From: Candidatus Woesearchaeota archaeon
Lineage (GTDB): Archaea > Nanobdellota > Nanobdellia > Woesearchaeales > JAGVYF01
DNA length: 47,259 nucleotides
Assembly: GCA_016211195.1 (NCBI GenBank)
Contig: JACQSS010000045.1
Coordinates: forward strand, 1-47,259
Direction: 5' to 3'
This document shows positions 42,616-47,259 of the stretch, piece after piece. The position numbers were made by a program, and so were the translations under genes. Under the pieces are notes generated by a model that was not told the DNA's origin, did not search any database, and saw only the letters and a program-made list of their open reading frames with translations. Position 1 is the stretch's first letter, and every line of letters begins with the position of its first letter.

Positions 42616-44662
42616 ATAAAATCCTCTTTTGCTTGGAGGAGAGGGCTTCCTTGTGCAAAGGGATTGATCCAGAGTCTTCAATGATTTTCCCGTTCTGGGC
42701 TTTTACTTTCGTTGTCGTCTCGCGAAGGACTTTGTACTCGTATTGCCTATCTTTGATCTGGTACTTCTTCTGCACAGCAACGTTGCGCTCATAGATAATA
42801 CGTGTGCTCCCTTTGGCGAGGTTACGGATGAACAACGGGAAAAAACCGATATTACCCAGTAAATCAACATCCTGGAACCCCTTTGCGTGGATAATAACGT
42901 CTACATCGCCGCGTGCCGCAAGTGACGCATCGATGGCGTTCCTAAGCAGGTCGGACAATCGCCCATGGCCAAATGTCATACCTGCAGTGGGAAAGGAGAA
43001 TTCATGGGCAAATTGCCCCGTTGGTGTACCGGCCCCTTGATGCTGCGTTGCCTTTATCCAGAGACCATACTGTGCAGCATAGACATAACTATCGGTCTCG
43101 TACTCGTCCCGATTAGCATTGTACACTGTTGTGCCGGGCAGCTGCCAGAGGAAGATGCCTGTCGGGTCGGCAGTGGTCGCACCATCTTCTTCTCCAACAG
43201 AAATTTTCTGTATCCCCGTTCGATCAAGAATAAAGATGCCATAGAAGTCTTCGACACCACGTTGTGTGTTCTTTAATGTGTACAAATTTGTCGCTTTACC
43301 GTTAGTCACGAAGATTTTATCATCGGTAGGAGTTACTTTATCTGCGGCTTGATTGAGCAATGTCATATCCTGTTTTGTTGAGCCATCAAGGGACGTTATT
43401 TTCTCTCCTTGTGTTCCTGACAGCTTGAAGGCAAGTTGGGACGCATCTGCGGCCTTTGCCTGTTGAATATCTTGTTGAGCATTCTGTCCTTGTGCTGTTG
43501 CGGTAAGCTGTTTACATGCGGTTTCACAGCAAACAGTGCCAACACCAGTATCAGCGGTGACGACTTGTTGGTCACACGCATTCCGTGGGCATTTGATTGC
43601 GCACGCGGCTATTTGCTTCCCTGTCTCGGGTGGAGTGTTGACGTCTTTTTGTTGGTCCTGTTTTTGATCCTGCTTGCCGGCCTGCATCAGTGCGGCAACA
43701 CCTTGCAGTAGTCCTCCCAACCCACTTAACATTTGGCTGGGGTCACCACCTTTCCCTTCCTGGCCACCAGGCTGACCGCCTTCGCCGCCTTGACCGCCCG
43801 CTTGTTGACCACCCTCTCCACCACCGGCTCCGCCACCACCTTGGCCACCACCTTCACCGCCACCAGCGCCGCCAGAGCCCGCACCTTCTCCGCCTCCGGC
43901 ACCGCCTTCTCCTCCACCAGCCGGGCCACCACTGTCACCACTGCCTGCACCACCGCCCGTGCTTTGCGGTTGCGTTCCTCCGGGAGGTCCACCACCGCCA
44001 GTGGGTGTGGTGGGGCCTGTTGATGAGGGATTATTGGTAGCAGTGTTACTGAATAGTACATCCCTGTTTTGTTGGATAAACTCAGAGTTTCGTGTAAATT
44101 TGTATTTCTCGTTGTTGGCAGCGAGATTTTTTTTCAAGTCTCCAATCTCTTCCTGATTCCACTGACCTTTTTGTAAATCAAGTTTATCCACGACTTTTTG
44201 GTCAAGTTTCCCGTCCTTCACGAATTTATTTACTTTGTCTTTGGGTAATTCATTTACCTTGTCAGGTTTCTCTTTCAGGGCATCAGCTGCTTCTTGAGTG
44301 TCAGGGTAATTTTTAGCAGAGAGACTATCTTTCTGAAGATTCTTCGCAACGTCCTTCATTTTTTCTGGGTTTTTTTCAATGGACTTCATTTGCCCCTGAT
44401 CAAGTGTGTTCATGGCTTTGGGATCTGCTTTGGCCGTATTCCATACATCTGGCTTTTGCATCGTAGCTGGGTCTATGTTTTGCATGGTGTTTGAGGCCTT
44501 GATCTGCTGTATAGCCTGATCAGAATTCGTAATGGGCGTACCGCCAGCTGCCGCTGCAGCACCCCACACAAGACTAGTCAGAAGACAGAAAACAGTAATT
44601 GTAGCAAGCCATTTCATTCGTTCAGGCAAGGAATCCCCATCAGCAAGCTGTGGATTGCCCAT
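42605..44662 (-). CDS. Secreted protein of unknown family, paralogue 2 (Lys-rich and Gly/Glu-rich variable regions)
   Basis: The hydrophobic N-terminus is KWLATITVFCLLTSLVWGAAAAAG. GGAGGTGA lies directly upstream of the ATG at 44662. It shares with paralogue 1 the LGGLLQGVAALM motif, a Cys motif (CAIKCPRNACDQQVVTADTGVGTVCCETAC) and the C-terminal domain (YGIFILD...FLWQLPGTTVY...FSFPTAGMTFGHG.LS.LL.NAID.S..ARG..D.II.A.G..D..LLG..GFFPL.IR.LAKG). Confidence 0.85.
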   Translation of the reverse strand: MGNPQLADGDSLPERMKWLATITVFCLLTSLVWGAAAAAGGTPITNSDQAIQQIKASNTMQNIDPATMQKPDVWNTAKADPKAMNTLDQGQMKSIEKNPEKMKDVAKNLQKDSLSAKNYPDTQEAADALKEKPDKVNELPKDKVNKFVKDGKLDQKVVDKLDLQKGQWNQEEIGDLKKNLAANNEKYKFTRNSEFIQQNRDVLFSNTATNNPSSTGPTTPTGGGGPPGGTQPQSTGGGAGSGDSGGPAGGGEGGAGGGEGAGSGGAGGGEGGGQGGGGAGGGEGGQQAGGQGGEGGQPGGQEGKGGDPSQMLSGLGGLLQGVAALMQAGKQDQKQDQQKDVNTPPETGKQIAACAIKCPRNACDQQVVTADTGVGTVCCETACKQLTATAQGQNAQQDIQQAKAADASQLAFKLSGTQGEKITSLDGSTKQDMTLLNQAADKVTPTDDKIFVTNGKATNLYTLKNTQRGVEDFYGIFILDRTGIQKISVGEEDGATTADPTGIFLWQLPGTTVYNANRDEYETDSYVYAAQYGLWIKATQHQGAGTPTGQFAHEFSFPTAGMTFGHGRLSDLLRNAIDASLAARGDVDVIIHAKGFQDVDLLGNIGFFPLFIRNLAKGSTRIIYERNVAVQKKYQIKDRQYEYKVLRETTTKVKAQNGKIIEDSGSIPLHKEALSSKQKRILYEG
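43738..44025 (-). repeat. Gly/Glu-rich low-complexity coding tract (GGxGGGEGG-type)
   Basis: It encodes TGGGGPPGGTQPQSTGGGAGSGDSGGPAGGGEGGAGGGEGAGSGGAGGGEGGGQGGGGAGGGEGGQQAGGQGGEGGQPGGQEGKGG. The locally GC-rich ggt/ggc/gcc codon runs generate spurious ORFs in other frames. Confidence 0.85.
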
Positions 44663-44698
44663 TCACCTCCACTGGACACTAGACACATGCGCGTGAGC

Positions 44699-44706
44699 TA
44701 TATAAA
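44699..44706. promoter_or_regulatory. TATA box (TATATAAA / TTTATATA) between paralogue 2 and tnpB
   Basis: The centre is at 44702.5. The tnpB ATG at 44730 is 27.5 nt away, consistent with a leaderless mRNA. On the minus strand it predicts a about 14-nt leader carrying GGAGGTGA before the ATG at 44662. Confidence 0.5.
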
Positions 44707-45868
44707 TTGTTTTCTGTCATCCGATCATTATGATTGTAAGGGCAACTGCCAAAATCAGGATTGAAGCTAGAACTGAACTGTACAAAACGGTCTCCATTTA
44801 TCAAAAAGCAATGCAACATTGCATTGATCTTGGTTGGGAGAAAAATATTCATAACAATATCAAGCTGCACCCTTTCGTTTATCAGCATCTCCGCTCCATT
44901 GGATTGCCTGCACAATTGGCTGTTTCTTGCATCAAGCAATCCTGCGGAATGCTGAAGAAAGCGAAAAGCAAACCCATTGTTAAAAGAACTGCAATACGAT
45001 ACAATTTCCCAAGAAGCGCAACCCTGAAGGGGACTCTTTTGAACATCCTCACGGTCAAGGGAAGAATCAGGATTCCATTTGAAGTCCCTACTTGTTATCA
45101 GGAATATTTCACCTGGAACATGACTAAATCCCTGTTGTCCATTGACAGGAAAGGTCGCTGCTTCTTTCTGTTCTGTTTTTGCAAAGAAGTCAACGTCAAT
45201 GCTCCGGACAAGCAACTGATGCTGGGTATTGATCTCGGGATAAATAATCTGGCAGTCACCTCCGATGGAACATTCTATCGAAGCGGGCACGTTAAATCTA
45301 TCAAAAGGAGATTCCAATATCTGCGTGATAAACTCCAAGCCAAAGGCACAAGATCTGCAAAGAGACTTCTTAAAAAAGTTTCTGGCAGAGAAAAACGGTT
45401 TATGGTTTGGGTTAATCACAACATCAGCAAGAGAATCATTGAGAAGCGGCCATCTGAGATTGTGATGGAAAACCTCAAAGGAATCCGTAAATGCAACAGG
45501 GGAAAAAGAATAAACAGATGGATAAGTAATTGGAGCTTCCATCAGCTTCAGAACTTTATCCAATACAAAGCTGAAAGAAAAGGTATTCGGTTCAGGAAGG
45601 TTAAGCCAGATTATACTTCCCAGCTCTGTTCCCGATGTGGCACCCTTGGACATCGGAAAGGAGCAAGCTTTGTTTGCAAATGCGGATTCAGGCTCAATGC
45701 TGATTTGAACGCAAGTAGAAATCTCGCTTTTCCCATGCTGGAACTGCGACAGGCAGCTGTAAACCTGCCGTACATGACGTGCAATGAGACTAGCACATCT
45801 TCGTTTTCCGTTTGATGATTGTTGGTTAAGCATAGTCAAAGCCCTGCGACTTGATGTGGTCAGGTAGT
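44707..45868 (+). mobile_element. tnpB-only IS200/IS605-type (IS1341-like) element; boundaries not resolved
   Basis: tnpB is the only plus-strand gene in a minus-strand surface-gene array. There is no tnpA in the window. The flanks to neighbouring genes are only 67 nt (5') and 53 nt (3'). No terminal hairpins could be identified by eye. Confidence 0.5.
44730..45815 (+). CDS. tnpB: TnpB (IS200/IS605-family OrfB, RuvC-like RNA-guided nuclease)
   Basis: RuvC-I is LGIDLGINNLAVTSDG and RuvC-II is IVMENLKGI. The zinc finger is CSRCGTLGHRKGASFVCKCG. RuvC-III is NADLNASRNL. At 361 aa, all catalytic motifs look intact. Confidence 0.9.
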   Translation: MIVRATAKIRIEARTELYKTVSIYQKAMQHCIDLGWEKNIHNNIKLHPFVYQHLRSIGLPAQLAVSCIKQSCGMLKKAKSKPIVKRTAIRYNFPRSATLKGTLLNILTVKGRIRIPFEVPTCYQEYFTWNMTKSLLSIDRKGRCFFLFCFCKEVNVNAPDKQLMLGIDLGINNLAVTSDGTFYRSGHVKSIKRRFQYLRDKLQAKGTRSAKRLLKKVSGREKRFMVWVNHNISKRIIEKRPSEIVMENLKGIRKCNRGKRINRWISNWSFHQLQNFIQYKAERKGIRFRKVKPDYTSQLCSRCGTLGHRKGASFVCKCGFRLNADLNASRNLAFPMLELRQAAVNLPYMTCNETSTSSFSV

Positions 45869-46639
45869 TTACTGCACTTTCACCGCAAACTGGAAGATGT
45901 AAGGTTCTCCAAGCAGATCATATTTCGTATCAATGAGCCGATAAATAAGAGTTTGGTCTACCTCTGCATAAGCAGTGGCATTGTAATCATGGTTAGTCAC
46001 TTCAGTCAAATAATCCCAATGGATGAGCGTTGGGTCAGCCTGTTTCTGAGCGACAATATCATTGGTAATGCGGACCATATCCTTAAGACGTGACGGGACA
46101 CGGGTGCTGAATTCGGGCCCGACAAGACTCTTTTTCCCTTCACGCAAGACAGTAACGGGATAGGTTACTGCGAAGACCACTTCTGTATCCAGCATCGTCA
46201 CTTTTGCCTTGGGCTGCTTATCATTTATCTGCACGCCAGCGAACTGTGTGAATCCACCGAGACATTTCCGCAGTTTGCTTTCCACATACCTGCCCAATGT
46301 ACCCTGCACGAAGTCGGGTGTTAGGAAAAACGCCTTGTCAAGCTCATAGAGATAAGGGATTTTATACCGTGTATCATACGAAAAGAATGTCGGATATGCG
46401 GGCGGTTCTACATCTCCACCGACAAACCCAAAGAAAAACAATGCCATTCGTGCAGTTTGCGCAACGCAGGAGTCCACAAATGCCTTGATTGGCTGATCTG
46501 CAGCAGTCTCAATAAGCTGTTCTCGTGCCTGTTCTGTTGGCTTCTCTTTGAGCACCACATATGCAAAGAAATACAACGCGACAAACAAGAGCAACATAAT
46601 ACCAAGGATAGAAAACAGAGTCAGCTGTCCTCTTTTCAT
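45869..46639 (-). CDS. Type IV pilin-like protein (class III signal peptide)
   Basis: The N-terminus MKRGQLTLFSILGIMLLLFVALYFF is a close match to the N-terminus of the 842-aa protein. Its TATA box is 26.5 nt upstream. Confidence 0.7.
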   Translation of the reverse strand: MKRGQLTLFSILGIMLLLFVALYFFAYVVLKEKPTEQAREQLIETAADQPIKAFVDSCVAQTARMALFFFGFVGGDVEPPAYPTFFSYDTRYKIPYLYELDKAFFLTPDFVQGTLGRYVESKLRKCLGGFTQFAGVQINDKQPKAKVTMLDTEVVFAVTYPVTVLREGKKSLVGPEFSTRVPSRLKDMVRITNDIVAQKQADPTLIHWDYLTEVTNHDYNATAYAEVDQTLIYRLIDTKYDLLGEPYIFQFAVKVQ

Positions 46640-46661
46640 GCAGAAAAAAAGGGCTTGTTGC

Positions 46662-46669
46662 TATATAAA
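46662..46669 (-). promoter_or_regulatory. TATA box (minus-strand TTTATATA) for the pilin-like gene 45869-46639
   Basis: The centre at 46665.5 lies 26.5 nt upstream of the ATG at 46639. It is directly adjacent to the stop (46671) of the upstream paralogue. Confidence 0.55.
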
Positions 46670-46670
46670 C

Positions 46671-47258
46671 TTATTGCTCAAGCAACCGACGGGCGGTAGG
46701 AGACAGTTCCTTGACAGGCGTCGCATCTGTGTCCTGGATAGCCCTATTCTGGAAAAAGATTTTGGTCCCGCTTACTGCATAGGTTTGGGTTTTGTCACTC
46801 AAAAGATAGGATTGCGTGACACGACTCTTTGGCAAAATGACAACGGAACTGTGGCCAGAGAGTTCACTGTTCCGTACAGCGTAAGGGATAACACCCTTCC
46901 CGATAAGTTCGGCATCATAAGATCCAGCACTCGTTAAGGTCCATACCCCATCATTGTACGAGGCATCAACACCATTATCAGGAGTCTCTTTTTTCTGCAG
47001 ACTGAATCTCACATGGGGCGTTGTCACCGCAGCCCCCGTGATGGGAGGTATTTTCTTTTCTATTGGTTTGAGGACAAGACCAGACTCATAATGGTAAAGA
47101 GTGGTATCTATTTCATAGGAGTCTGTGTCACTATGATAGGTTGTTGTCCCGGGCGCAAGCCAGAATAGCGTTCCATATCCGTCGATAACGGCAGCTCCTG
47201 TCTTTTCTGCAACAGAAATTTTTGTTGTGCCTTGGTGATCAATGAAAAAGATGCCATA
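46671..47258 (-). CDS. Secreted protein of unknown family, paralogue 3 (3' part; N-terminus outside window)
   Basis: The minus-strand frame is open from the window edge. My translation is YGIFFIDHQGTTKISVAEKTGAAVIDGYGTLFWLAPGTTTYHSDTDSYEIDTTLYHYESGLVLKPIEKKIPPITGAAVTTPHVRF.... It aligns with YGLFIIDPVGETIVSVAE...LLWLAPGVTRY of paralogue 1 and YGIFILDRTGIQKISVGE...FLWQLPGTTVY of paralogue 2. Confidence 0.8.
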   Translation of the reverse strand, partial: YGIFFIDHQGTTKISVAEKTGAAVIDGYGTLFWLAPGTTTYHSDTDSYEIDTTLYHYESGLVLKPIEKKIPPITGAAVTTPHVRFSLQKKETPDNGVDASYNDGVWTLTSAGSYDAELIGKGVIPYAVRNSELSGHSSVVILPKSRVTQSYLLSDKTQTYAVSGTKIFFQNRAIQDTDATPVKELSPTARRLLEQ

Positions 47259-47259
47259 A

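Noticed and set aside
43690-44061. Three overlapping ORFs (116 aa, 96 aa on plus; 111 aa on minus) lie in the GC-rich Gly-codon tract.
   Set aside because: They are artefacts of the repetitive ggn/gcc codon composition within paralogue 2. The reading frame that continues into the conserved flanking domains is the real one.
44679-45839. A 386-aa minus-strand ORF covers the whole tnpB gene on the same strand as the surrounding operon.
   Set aside because: The plus-strand frame encodes an unmistakable TnpB with RuvC D/E/D motifs and a zinc finger. The antisense product is Ser/Phe/Asn-rich and has no recognisable motif, start context or signal. I treated it as a shadow ORF, although an uninterrupted antisense frame of this length is unusual. 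It could be re-examined with ribosome profiling.

Overview
This 47.3 kb window looks like a compact archaeal genome, probably a DPANN-like or episymbiotic lineage; that assignment is inference. The evidence is an archaeal-type Cdc48/VCP, Taw1 (an archaeal/eukaryotic tRNA wyosine enzyme), class III [KR][GA]Q pilin signals with an A24 prepilin peptidase, and TTTAWATA-type TATA boxes centred about 26 nt upstream of many start codons, which implies leaderless mRNAs. Nt 1-11.3 kb holds the 3' part of a giant sequon-dense surface protein with four 300-306 bp tandem repeats. It also holds Cdc48, a small nucleotide-salvage cluster (HAD nucleotidase, DUF167, UPF0200-like kinase, Tmk), Taw1 and a metallophosphoesterase. 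Nt 11.4-31.9 kb is one tightly coupled minus-strand operon of eight genes. These are a 2062-aa secreted and a 3037-aa membrane-anchored Cys-rich protein with thrombospondin-type-3-like repeats, an 842-aa pilin-like protein and four small pilin-like proteins. Nt 31.9-37.8 kb is a glycan or modification island (deacetylase-like, rSAM/SPASM, DegT aminotransferase, GT28-like glycosyltransferase, F390-synthetase/PaaK-like ligase, CelD/FemAB-like GNAT). Nt 36.9-40.2 kb is the most unusual module. It contains two HxsD-like small proteins, a 492-aa radical SAM/SPASM maturase, an 80-aa His/Ser-rich signal-bearing peptide with its own leaderless promoter, and a directly coupled GNAT. It reads as a His-Xaa-Ser-system-like RiPP module in an archaeal surface operon. 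Nt 40.1-47.3 kb has the prepilin peptidase, three paralogues of an unknown secreted family, another pilin-like gene, and a tnpB-only IS200/IS605-type insertion on the opposite strand. No rRNA, tRNA or CRISPR array was seen. All homology calls come from reading motifs by eye; no searches were run.
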